DNA of 64,000 nucleotides from the human T2T-CHM13v2.0 reference genome, Homo sapiens: the NCBI RefSeq assembly GCF_009914755.1, contig NC_060939.1. One strand, written 5' to 3'. This document shows positions 1 through 13,890 of the stretch, in pieces. Each line of letters starts with the position of its first letter. The first letter of the stretch is position 1. A model generated the notes under the pieces. The model saw only the letters and a list, made by a program, of their open reading frames with translations, was not told the DNA's origin and searched no databases. The position numbers were made by a program, and so were the translations under genes.

Positions 1-588
1 CTCCATTCCATATTATTCCATTACACTCCATTCCATTCTATTACTTTCATTTCCATTCAGTTCCATTCCATTTGATTCCATTCCACTCGGTTTCACTCCA
101 TTTGAGTCCATTCCATTCCATTCCATTCCATTACATTCCATTCAGTTCCATTCCTTTCCATTCCATTCCGTACCATTCCATATTGTTCCATTCGATTCCA
201 TTCGAATCCATTCCATTCCAGTCCATTCCATTCGATTGCATTCCATTCCTTTCAATTCCATTCCATTCCATTCGATTCCACTTGATTCCACTCCATTCCC
301 TTCCACTGCATTCCATTCGATTCCATTCCATTGCATTGCATTCCATTCCATTAGATTGCATTGCATTCGATTCCATTCCATTCCAATCAATTACATGGCA
401 ATCCATTACATTCGAGTCTATTCTATTCCGTTCCATTCGATTTCGTTCCAATCCATTCGATTCCATTCCATTCGATTCCATTCCATACTATTGCATTCCA
501 TTCGATTAAATTATATTCGAATAAATTCCATTCAAGACCATTTCTGTTGAGTCCATTCTACTTGAGTCCATTCCCTTTGATCCCATAA

Positions 589-3452
589 AATTTCAGTCCA
601 TTCAATTCCATTCCTTTCGTTTCCATTCCATTTGATGCCATTCCATTCAATTCTGTTCTACTCGACTCCAATACATTCAATTCCATTCCATCCGATTCCA
701 TTACATTCTTTTCATTTCTTATCCATTACAAGCCATTCCATTCCATTCCATTCCATTCCACTCGTTTCCTTTCCATTCGAGTCCATTCCACTCCTGTCCA
801 TTCCATTCGAATCCATTTCACTCCAGTCCATTCCATTCGAATCCATTTCACTCCAGTCCATTAAATTCGAGTACATTCCATTCCATTCTATTCAATGCCA
901 TTACATTCGATTCTATTCCATTCGACACCATTCCTTTCCATTCCGTTCCATCCGATTCCATTCCATTGTATTCCATTCAATTCCATTCCATTGCATTCCA
1001 TTCGTTTCCATTCCATTAGAATTCATTCCACTCAAGTCCATTCCATTCGAGTCCATTCCATTCGATATCATTCCATACTATTGCATTCCATTCGATTCCA
1101 TTTTTTTCGAATAAATTCCAACCGAGACCATTCCTTTCGTGTCCATTCTATTTGACTGCATTCCATTTGAGTCGATTACATTTCTGCACATTCCATTCCT
1201 TTCCATTCCATTCCATTCTATTCCATTCTTTCGGTGCCATTCCTTTACACTCCAATCCTTTCAAGTCCATTCCATTTGAGTCCATTCCATTGATTCGATG
1301 CCATTACATTCAATTCCATTCCATTCGACTCCATTCCATTCCATTCCCTTCCAAACGATTCCATTCCATTCTATTACTTTCTATTCCAATCCATTCCATT
1401 CCGTTCCATTCGTTTCCATTCCATTCGAGTCCACTCCATTCCAGTCCATTCCAATCGATTCCGTTCCATTCCAGTCCATTCCATTCAAGTCCATTCCACT
1501 CCATTCCATTCCATTCGATATCTTTCGATAACACCCCATTCCATTCTGCTCCTTACTATTCAATTCAATTCCATTCCATTTGATTCCATTCCATTTGATT
1601 ACATTCCATTCGACTCCATTCCATTCGACTCTATTCCATTCGAGTCCATTCCATTCCATTCCATTGCATTCCGTTCCAATCCCTATTCCATTCCATTTTG
1701 TTACTGTCCATTCCATTTGAGTCCATTCCATGACAAACCATTCCATTCGATTCCATTCCAATAGATTCTATTGCACTCGAATCCAGTGCGTTCCATTCCA
1801 TTGCTTTCCATTCTATTACATTCCATTGCATTACATTCCATTCCATTTGATTGCATTCCATTCAATTCCATTAATTTCGAATCAATTACATTGCAATCCA
1901 TTGCATTCGAGTTCTATTCCAGTCCATTGCATTCCGGCGCATTCCGTTCCATTCCATTCCATTCGATTCCGTTCCATTCGTATCGATTGCATTACAATGC
2001 TTTACATTCGAGTCCGTTTTATTCCAGTCCAATCCATTCCGGTCCATTCCGTTCGATTCCATTCCATTCGATGCCACTCCATACTACTGTATTTCATTCG
2101 ATTCCATTCTATTCAAATAAATTCCATTCGAGACCATTCCTTTCGAGTCCATTCTATTTGAGTCCATTCCATTCGAGTCCATTATATTTGGGTCCATTCC
2201 ATTCAATTCCATTGCAATCCATTCCATTCGATGTCACGCCATTCATTTCTATTCCATTAGAGTCCATGTCATTCGAGTCCATTCCATTCTATTCTATTCC
2301 ACTCCATTCCATTCCATTCCACTCCATTCCATTTGTTGCCGTTCCATTCAATTCTATTATATTCCACTCCATTTAATTCCATTCCATTCCATTCCATTCC
2401 ATTCTATCCAATTCCGTTCCATTCTATTCCTTTAAAGTCCATTCCATTCCATTCCATACGTTTCCATTCCATTCGAGTAAAGTCCACTCCAGTCTTTTCC
2501 ATTCGAGTCCATTCCTCTCCAGTCCATTCCGTTCAATCCATTCCATTCCAGTCCATTCCATTCGAGTCCGTTCCGTTCCAGTCCATTCCATTCGAGTCAA
2601 TTCCATTCCATTCGATATCTTTCCATAACGATCCATTCCATTGATTCTATTCCATAAGTCTCCATTCAATTCCATTAATCTCCATTCCATTCCATTCTAC
2701 TCCAGCTGATTCCATTCCATTCTATTCCTTTCCATTCCATTCCATTCCATTCCATTCGCTTCCATTCCATTCGTGTCCATTCCATTCCAGTCCATTCTGT
2801 TCGTGTCCATTCCATTCCAGTCCATTCCATTTGTGTCCACTGCATTCCATTCCACTCCATTCCATATTATTCCATTACACTCCATTCCATTTTATTACTT
2901 TCATTTCCATTCAGTTCCATTCCATTTGATTCCATTCCACTCGGTTTCACTCCACTTGAGTCCATTCCATTCCATTCCATTCCATTCTGTTCCATTCCAT
3001 TCCATTCCATTCCATTCCATTCCATTCCATTCGGTACCATTCCATATTGTTCCATTCGATTCCATTCGAATCCATTCCATTCCAGTCCATTCCATTTGAT
3101 TCCATTCCATTCCTTTCAATTCCATTCCATTCCATTCCATTCCACTTGATTCCACTCCATTCCCTTCCACTGCATTCCATTCAATTCCATTCCATTGCAT
3201 TGCATTCCATTCCATTGGATTGCATTCCATTCGATTCCATTCCATTCGAATCAATTACATAGCAGTCCATTACATTCGAGTCTGTTCTATTCCGTTGCAC
3301 TCGATTTCGTTCCAATCCATTCGATTCCATTCCATTCGATTCCATTCCATACTATTGCATTCCATTCGATTAAATTATATTCGAATAAATTCCATTCAAG
3401 ACCATTTCTGTTGAGTCCATTCTACTTGAGTCCATTCCCTTTGATTCCATAA
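589..3452 (+). repeat. Deletion-variant unit (2864 bp) of the 3.5-kb repeat
   Basis: At ~2631-2647, 'aacgatccattccatt' runs directly into 'gattctattccataagtc'. In the next unit these sequences are separated by 5498-6138 (641 bp). Confidence 0.88.
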
Positions 3453-6192
3453 CATTTGAGTCCATTCAATTCCATTCCTTTCGTTTCCATTCCATTTGAT
3501 GCCATTCCATTCAATTCTGTTCTACTCGACTCCAATACATTCAATTCCATTCCATTCGATTCCATTACATTCTTTTCATTTCTTATCCATTTCAAGCCAT
3601 TCCATTCCATTCCATTCCACTCGTTTCCTTTCCATTCGAGTCCATTCCACTCCAGTCCATTCCATTCGAATCCATTTCACTCCAGTCCATTCCATTCGAA
3701 TCCGTTTCACTCCAGTCCATTAAATTCGAGTACATTCCATTCCATTCTATTCAATGCCATTCCATTCGATTCTATTCCATTCGACACCATTCCTTTCCAT
3801 TCCGTTCCATCCGATTCCATTCCATTGTATTCCATTCAATTCCATTCCATTGCATTCCATTCGTTTCCATTCCATTCGAATTCATTCCACTCAAGTCCAT
3901 TCCATTCGAGTCCATTCCATTCGATATCATTCCATACTATTGCATTCCATTCGATTCCATTGTTTTCGAATAAATTCCAACCGAGACCATTCCTTTCGTG
4001 TCCTTTCTATTTGACTGCATTCCATTTGAGTCCATTAAATTTCTGCACATTCCATTCCTTTCCATTCCATTCCATTCCATTCCTTTCGGTGCCATTCCAT
4101 TCCACTCTACTCCATTCAAGTCCATTCCATTTGAGTCCATTCCATTGATTCGATGCCATTACATTCAATTCTATTCCATTCGTATCCATTCCATTCCATT
4201 TCCTTCCAAACGATTCCATTCCATTCTATTACTTTCTATTCCAATCCATTCCATTCCGTTCCATTCGTTTCCATTCCATTCGAGTCCACTCCATTCCATT
4301 CCATTCCATTCGATTCCATTCCATTCCAGTCCATTCCATTCAAGTCCATTCCACTCCATTACATTCCATTCGATATCTTTTGATAACACCCCATTCCATT
4401 CTGCTCCTTACAATTCAATTCAATTCCAGTCCATTTGATTCCATTCCATTTGATTACATTCCATTCGACTCCATTCCATTCGACTCTATTCCATTCGAGT
4501 CCATTCCATTCCATTCCATTGCATTCCGTTCCAATCCCTATTCCATTCCATTTTGTTACTGTCCATTCCATTTGAGTCCATTCCATGCCAAACCATTCCA
4601 TTCGATTCCATTCCAATAGATTCCATTGCACTCGAATCCAGTGCGTTCCATTCCATTGCTTTCCATTCTATTACATTCCATTGCATTACATTCCATTCCA
4701 TTTGATTGCATTCCATTCAATTCCATTAATTTCGAATCAATTACATTGCAATCCATTGCATTCGAGTTCTATTCCAGTCCATTGCATTCCGGCGCATTCC
4801 GTTCCATTCCATTCCATTCGATTCCGTTCCATTCGAATCGATTGCATTGCAATGCATTACATTCGAGTCCGTTTCATTCCAGTCCAATCCATTCCGGTCC
4901 ATTCCGTTCGATTCCATTCCATTCGATGCCACTCCATACTATTGTATTTCATTCGATTCCATTCTATTCAAATAAATTCCATTCGAGACCATTCCTTTCA
5001 TGTCCATTCTATTTGAGTCCATTCCATTCGAGTCCATTATATTTGGGTGCATTCCGTTCAATTGCATTGCAATCCATTCCATTCGATGTCACTCCATTCA
5101 TTTCTATTCCATTAGAGTCCATGTCAATCGAGTCCATTCCATTCTATTCTATTCCACTCCATTCCATTCCATTCCACTCCATTCCATTCGTTGCCGTTCC
5201 ATTCAATTCTATTATATTCCACTCCATTTAATTCCATTCCATTCCATTCCATTCCATTCTATCCAATTCCGTTCCATTCTATTCCTTTAAACTCCATTCC
5301 ATTCCATTGCATTCCTTTCCATTCCATTCGAGTAAAGTCCACTCCAGTCCTTTCCATTCGAGTCCATTCCTCTCCAGTCCATTCCGTTCAATCCATTCCA
5401 TTCCAGTCCATTCCATTCGAGTCCGTTCCATTCCAGTCCATTCCATTCGAGTCAATTCCATTCCATTCGATATCTTTCCATAACGATCCATTCCATTCTA
5501 TTCCTTTCGATTCCATTCAATTCCATTCCATTCTATTTCATTCCATTGGATTCCCTTCCATTGGACTTCTTTCCATTCGAGTGCATTCCATTCCGTTCCA
5601 TTTCTTTCTGTTCTGTATGATTCCTACTGTTCGATTTCATTTTGTTCCAGTCTATTCCTTTCAAGTCCATTCCATTCCATTTCACTCCATTCGATTCCAT
5701 TCCACTCGATTCCACTCCGTTCCATTTCATTGCATTCCATTCTATTTAATTCTATTGCATTCCATTCCATTCCATTTGATTACATTCCATGCGATTCCAT
5801 TCGAATTCGAATCAATTACATTGAAATCCATTACTATTGAGTCCGTTTTATTCCAGTCCACTCCATTCTGGTCCATTCCATTTGATTCCATTCCATTCTA
5901 TTCCATTCCGTACAGTTGCATTCCATTGGATTCCATTCTATATCTATAAATGCAACTAGAGACCATTGCTTTTGAGTCCATTCTATATGATTCCATTCCA
6001 TTCAAGTCCATTACATTTGGTTCAATTCCATTCCATTTCATTCCCTTCCATTCCATTCCATTTGATATCAATCCATTCGATTCCATTCCATTCGAGCACA
6101 TTCCATTCGAGTCCATTCCATTCGATGCCATTCCATTTGATTCTATTCCATAAGTCTCCATTCAATTCCATTAATCTCCATTCCATTCCATT

Positions 6193-6302
6193 CTACTCCA
6201 ACTGATTCCATTCCATTCTATTCCTTTCCATTCCATTCCATTCCATTCTACTCCAACTGATTCCATTCCATTCTATTCCTTTCCATTCCATTCCATTCCA
6301 TT
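6193..6302 (+). repeat. Local 55-bp tandem duplication
   Basis: 'ctactccaactgattccattccattctattcctttcc' starts at both 6193 and 6248. It is single-copy in the other units. Confidence 0.85.
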
Positions 6303-9300
6303 CGCTTCTATTCCATTCGTGTCCATTCCACTCCAGTCCATTCCATTCGTGTCCATTCCATTCCAGTCCATTCCATTTGTGTCCATTGCATTCCATTCCA
6401 CTCCATTCCATATTATTCCATTACACTCCATTCCATTCTATTACTTTCATTTCCATTCAGTTCCATTCCATTTGATTCCATTCCACTCCGTTTCACTCCA
6501 CTTGAGTCAATTCCATTCCATTCCATTCTGTTCCTTTCCATTCCATTCCATTCCATTCCATTCGGTACCATTCCATATTGTTCCATTCGATTCCATTCGA
6601 ATCCATTCCATTCCGGTCCATTCCATTCGATTCCATTCCATTCCTTTCAATTCCATTCCATTCCATTCGATTCCACTTGATTCCACTCCATTCCCTTCCA
6701 CTGCATTCCATTCGATTCCATTCCATTGCATTGCATTCCATTCCATTGGATTGCATTCCATTCGATTCCATTCCATTCGAATCAATTACATAGCAATCCA
6801 TTACATTCGAGTCTGTTCTATTCCGTTGCACTCGATTTCGTTCCAATCCATTCGATTCCATTCCATTCGATTCCATTCCATACTATTGCATTCCATTCGA
6901 TTAAATTATATTCGAATAAATTCCATTCAAGACCATTTCTGTTGAGTCCATTCTACTTGAGTCCATTCCCTTTGATTCCATAACATTTGAGTCCATTCAA
7001 TTCCATTCCTTTCGTTTCCATTCCATTTGATGCCATTCCATTCAATTCTGTTCTACTCGACTCCAATACATTCAATTCCATTCCAGCCGATTCCATTACA
7101 TTCTTTTCATTTCTTATCCATTTCAAGCCATTCCATTCCATTCCACTCGTTTCCTTTCCATTCGAGTCCATTCCCTCCAGTCCATTCCATTCGAATCCAT
7201 TTCACTCCAGTCCATTCCATTCGAATCCGTTTCACTCCAGTCCATTAAATTCGAGTACATTCCATTCCATTCTATTCAATGCCATTCCATTCGATTCTAT
7301 TCCATTCGACACCATTCCTTTCCATTCCGTTCCATCCGATTCCATTCCATTGTATTCCATTCAATTCCATTCCATTGCATTCCATTCGTTTCCATTCCAT
7401 TCGAATTCATTCCACTCAAGTCCATTCCATTCGAGTACATTCCATTCGATATCATTCCATACTATTGCATTCCATTCGATTCCATTTTTTTCGAATAAAT
7501 TCCAACCGAGACCATTCCTTTCGTGTCCTTTCTATTTGACTGCATTCCATTTGAGTCCATTAAATTTCTGCACATTCCATTCCTTTCCATTCCATTCCAT
7601 TCCATTCCTTTCGGTGCCATTCCATTCCACTCTACTCCATTCAAGTCCATTCCATTTGAGTCCATTCCATTGATTCGATGCCATTACATTCAATTCTATT
7701 CCATTCGAATCCATTCCATTCCATTTCCTTCCAAACGATTCCATTCCATTCTATTACTTTCTATTCCAATCCATTCCATTCCGTTCCATTCGTTTCCATT
7801 CCATTCGAGTCCACTCCATTCCATTCCATTCCATTCGATTCCATTCCATTCCAGTCCATTCCATTCAAGTCCATTCCACTCCATTCCATTCCATTCGATA
7901 TCTTTTGATAACACCCCATTCCATTCTGCTCCTTACAATTCAATTCAATTCCAGTCCATTTGATTCCATTCCATTTGATTACATTCCATTCGACTCCATT
8001 CCATTCGACTCTATTCCATTCGAGTCCACTCCATTCCATTCCATTGCATTCCGTTCGAATCCCTATTCCATTCCATTTTGTTACTGTCCATTCCATTTGA
8101 GTCCATTCCATGCCAAACCATTCCATTCGATTCCATTCCAATAGATTCCATTGCACTCGAATCCAGTGCGTTCCATTCCATTGCTTTCCATTCTATTACA
8201 TTCCATTGCATTACATTCCATTCCATTTGATTGCATTCCATTCAATTCCATTAATTTCGAATCAATTACATTGCAATCCATTGCATTCGAGTTCTATTCC
8301 AGTCCATTGCATTCCGGCGCATTCCGTTCCATTCCATTCCATTCGATTCCGTTCCATTCGAATCGATTGCATTGCAATGCTTTACATTCGAGTCCGTTTT
8401 ATTCCAGTCCAATCCATTCCGTTCCATTCCGTTCGATTCCATTCCATTCGATGCCACTCCATACTATTGTATTTCATTCGATTCCATTCTATTCAAATAA
8501 ATTCCATTCGAGACCATTCTTTTCGAGTCCATTCTATTTGAGTCCATTCCATTCGAGTCCATTATATTTGGGTCCATTCCATTCAATTCCATTGCAATCC
8601 ATTCCATTCGATGTCACTCCATTCATTTCTATTCCATTAGAGTCCATGTCATTCGAGTCCATTCCATTCTATTCTATTCCACTCCATTCCATTCCATTCC
8701 ACTCCATTCCATTCGTTGCCGTTCCATTCAATTCTATTATATTCCACTCCATTTAATTCCATTCCATTCCATTCCATTCCATTCTATCCAATTCCGTTCC
8801 ATTCTATTCCTTTAAAGTCCATTCCATTCCATTCCCTACGTTTCCATTCCATTCGAGTAAAGTCCACTCCAGTCCTTTCCATTCGAGTCCATTCCTCTCC
8901 AGTCCATTCCGTTCAATCCATTCCATTCGAGTCCGTTCCATTCCAGTCCATTCCATTCGAGTCAATTCCATTCCATTCGATATCTTTCCATAACGATCCA
9001 TTCCATTCTATTCCTTTCGATTCCATTCAATTCCATTCCATTCTATTTCATTCCATTCGATTCCCTTCCATTGGACTCCTTTCCATTCGAGTGCATTCCA
9101 TTCCGTTCCATTTCTTTCTGTTCTGTATGATTCCTACCATTCGATTTCATTTTGTTCCAGTCTATTCCTTTCACGTCCATTCCATTCCATTTCACTCCAT
9201 TCGATTCCATTCCACTCGATTCCCCTCCGTTCCATTTCATTGCATTCCATTCTATTCAATTCTATTGCATTCCATTCCATTCCATTTGATTACATTCCAT

Positions 9301-10894
9301 GCGATTCCATTCGAATTCGAATCAATTACATTGAAATCCATTACTATTGAGTCCGTTTTACTCCAGTCCACTCCATTCTGCTCCATTCCATTTGATTCCA
9401 TTCCATTCTATTCCATTCCGTACAGTTGCATTCCATTGGATTCCATTCTATATCTATAAATGCAACTCGAGACCATTGCTTTTGAGTCCATTCTATATGA
9501 TTCCATTCCATTCAAGTCCATTACATTTGGTTAAATTCTATTCCATTCCATTCCATTTGATATCAATCCATTCGATTCCATTTCATTCGAGCACATTCCA
9601 ATCGAGTCCATTCCATTCGATGCCATTCCATTTGATTCTATTCCATTAGACTCCATTCAATTCCATTAATCTCCATTCCATTCCATTCTACTCCAACTGA
9701 TTCCATTCCATTCTATTCCTTTCCATTCCATTCCATTCCATTCGCTTCTATTCCATTCGTGTCCATTGCACTCCAGTCCATTCCATTCGTGTCCATTCCA
9801 TTCCAGTCCATTCCATTTGTGTCCACTGCATTCCATTCCACTCCATTCCATATTATTCCATTACACTCCATTCCATTCTATTACTTTCATTTCCATTCAG
9901 TTCCATTCCATTTGATTCCATTCCACTCGGTTTCAGTCCACTTGAGTCCATTCCATTCCATTCCATTCTGTTCCATTCCATTCCATTCCATTCCATTCCA
10001 TTCTGTTCCATTCCATTCCATTCCATTCCATTCGGTACCATTCCATATTGTTCCATTCGATTCCATTCGAATCCATTCCATTCCAGTCCATTCCATTCGA
10101 TTCCATTCCATTCCTTTCAATTCCATTCCATTCCATTCGATTCCACTTGATTCCACTCCATTCCCTTCCACTGCATTCCATTCGATTCCATTCCATTGCA
10201 TTGCATTCCATTCCATTGGATTGCATTCCATTCGATTCCATTCCATTCGAATCAATTACATAGCAATCCATTACATTCGAGTCTGTTCTATTCCGTTGCA
10301 CTCGATTTCGTTCCAATCCATTCGATTCCATTCCATTCGATTCCATTCCATACTATTGCATTCCATTCGATTAAATTATATTCGAATAAATTCCATTCAA
10401 GACCATTTCTGTTGAGTCCATTCTACTTGAGTCCATTCCCTTTGATTCCATAACATTTGAGTCCACTCAATTCCATTCCTTTCGTTTCCATTCCATTTGA
10501 TGCCATTCCATTCAATTCTGTTCTACTCGACTCCAATACATTCAATTCCATTCCATCCGATTCCATTACATTCTTTTCATTTCTTATCCATTTCAAGCCA
10601 TTCCATTCCATTCCATTCCACTCGTTTCCTTTCCATTCGAGTCCATTCCACTCCAGTCCATTCCATTCGAATCCATTTCACTCCAGTCCATTCCATTCGA
10701 ATCCGTGTCACTCCAGTCCATTAAATTCGAGTACATTCCATTCCATTCTATTCAATGCCATTCCATTCGATTCTATTCCATTCGACACCATTACTTTCCA
10801 TTCCGTTCCATCCGATTCCATTCCATTGTATTCTATTCAATTCCATTCCATTGCATTCCATTCGTTTCCATTCCATTCGAATTCATTCCACTCA

Positions 10895-13890
10895 AGTCCA
10901 TTCCATTCGAGTCCATTCCATTCGATAGCATTCCATACTATTGCATTCCATTCGATTCCATTGTTTTCGAATAAATTCCAACCGAGACCATTCCTTTCGT
11001 GTCCTTTCTATTTGACTGCATTCCATTTGAGTCCATTAAATTTCTGCACATTCCATTCCTTTCCATTCCATTCCATTCCTTTCGGTGCCATTCCATTCCA
11101 CTCTACTCCATTCAAGTCCATTCCATTTGAGTCCATTCCACTGATTCGATGCCATTACATTCAATTCTATTCCATTCGAATCCATTCCATTCCATTTCCT
11201 TCCAAACGATTCCATTCCATTCTATTACTTTCTATTCCAATCCATTCCATTCCGTTCCATTCGTTTCCATTCCATTTGAGTCCACTCCATTCCATTCCAT
11301 TCCATTCGATTCCATTCCATTCCAGTCCATTCCATTCAAGTCCATTCCACTCCATTCCATCCCATTCGATATCTTTGATAACACCCCATTCCATTCTGCT
11401 CCTTACAACTCAATTCAATTCCAGTCCATTTGATTCCATTCCATTTGATTACATTCCATTCGACTCCATTCCATTCGACTCTATTCCATTCGAGTCCATT
11501 CCATTCCATTCCATTGCATTCCGTTCCAATCCCTATTCCATTCCATTTTGTTACTGTCCATTCCATTTGAGTCCATTCCATGCCAAACCATTCCATTCGA
11601 TTCCATTCCAATAGATTCCATTGCACTCGAATCCAGTGCGTTCCATTCCATTGCTTTCCATTCTATTACATTCCATTGCATTACATTCCATTCCATTTGA
11701 TTGCATTCCATTCAATTCCATTAATTTCGAATCAATTACATTGCAATCCATTGCATTCGAGTTCTATTCCAGTCCATTGCATTCCGGCGCATTCCGTTCC
11801 ATTCCATTCCATTCGATTCCGTTCCATTCGAATCGATTGCATTGCAATGCTTTACATTCGAGTCCGTTTTATTCCAGTCCAATCCATTCCGTTCCATTCC
11901 GTTCGATTCCATTCCATTCGATGCCACTCCATACTATTGTATTTCATTCGATTCCATTCTATTCACATAAATTCCATTCGAGACCATTCCTTTCGAGTCC
12001 ATTCTATTTGAGTCCATTCCATTCGAGTCCATTATATTTGGGTCCATTCCATTCAATTCCATTGCAATCCATTCCATTCGATGTCACTCCATTCATTTCT
12101 ATTCCATTAGAATCCATGCCATTCGAGTCCATTCCATTCTATTCTATTCCACTCCATTCCATTCGTTGCCGTTCCATTCAATTCTATTATATTCCACTCC
12201 ATTTAATTCCATTCCATTCCATTCCATTCTATCCAATTCCATTCCATTCTATTCCTTTAAAGTCCATTCCATTCCATTCCATTCGTTTCCATTCCATTCG
12301 AGTAAAGTCCACTCCAGTCCTTTCCATTCGAGTCCATTCCTCTCCAGTCCATTCCGTTCAATCCATTCCATTCCAGTCCATTCCATTCGAGTCCATTCCA
12401 TTCGATAGCATTCCATACTATTGCATTCCATTCGATTCCATTGTTTTCGAATAAATTCCAACCGAGACCATTCCTTTCGTGTCCTTTCTATTTGACTGCA
12501 TTCCATTTGAGTCCATTAAATTTCTGCACATTCCATTCCTTTCCATTCCATTCCATTCCTTTCGGTGCCATTCCATTCCACTCTACTCCATTCAAGTCCA
12601 TTCCATTTGAGTCCATTCCACTGATTCGATGCCATTACATTCAATTCTATTCCATTCGAATCCATTCCATTCCATTTCCTTCCAAACGATTCCATTCCAT
12701 TCTATTACTTTCTATTCCAATCCATTCCATTCCGTTCCATTCGTTTCCATTCCATTCGAGTCCACTCCATTCCATTCCATACCATTCGATTCCATTCCAT
12801 TCCAGTCCTTTCCATTCAAGTCCATTCCACTGCATTCCATTCCATTCGATATCTTTTGATAACACCCCATTCCATTCTGCTCCTTACAATTCAATTCAAT
12901 TCCAGTCCATTTGATTCCATTCCATTTGATTACATTCCATTCGACTCCATTCCATCCGACTCTATTCCATTCGAGTCCATTCCATTCCATTCCATTGCAT
13001 TCCGTTCGAATCGCTATTCCATTCCATTTTGTTACTGTCCATTCCATTTGAGTCCATTCCATGCCAAACCATTTCATTCGATTCCATTCCAATAGATTCC
13101 ATTGCACTCGAATCCAGTGCGTTCCATTCCATTGCTTTCCATTCTATTACATTCCATTGCATTACATTCCATTCCAATTGATTGCATTCCATTCACTTCC
13201 ATTAATTTCGAATCAATTACATTGCAATCCATTGCATTCGAGTTCTATTCCAGTCCATTGCATTCCGGCGCATTCCGTTCCATTCCATTCCATTCGATTC
13301 CGTTCCATTCGAATCGATTGCATTGCAATGCATTACATTCGAGTCCGTTTTATTCCAGTCCAATCCAGTCCGTTCCATTCCGTTCGATTCCATTCCATTC
13401 GATGCCACTCCATACTATTGTATTTCATTCGATTCCATTCTATTCAAATAAATTCCATTCGAGACCATTCCTTTCATGTCCATTCTATTTGAGTCCATTC
13501 CATTCGAGTCCATTATATTTGGGTCCATTCCATTCAATTCCATTGCAATCCATTCCATTCGATGTCACTCCATTCATTTCTATTCCATTAGAGTCCATGT
13601 CATTCGAGTCCATTCCATTCTATACCATTCCACTCCATTCCATTCCATTCCACTCCATTCCATTCGTTGCCGTTCCATTCAATTCTATTATATTCCACTC
13701 CATTTAATTCCATTCCATTCCATTCCATTCCATTCCATTCTATCCAATTCCGTTCCATTCTATTCCTTTAAAGTCCATTCCATTCCATTCCATTCGTTTC
13801 CATTCCATTCGAGTAAAGTCCACTCCAGTCCTTTCCATTCGAGTCCATTCCTCTCCAGTCCATTCCGTTCAATCCATTCCATTCCAGTCC
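10895..13890 (+). repeat. 1480-bp internal tandem duplication producing a 4960-bp unit
   Basis: After 'ccgttcaatcc...gagtcc' (~12394) the sequence jumps back to match 10915. Private variants 'gatagca' (10924/12404) and 'ccactgattcg' (~11138/12618) are offset by 1480, as are the ORFs at 11149 and 12629. Confidence 0.9.
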
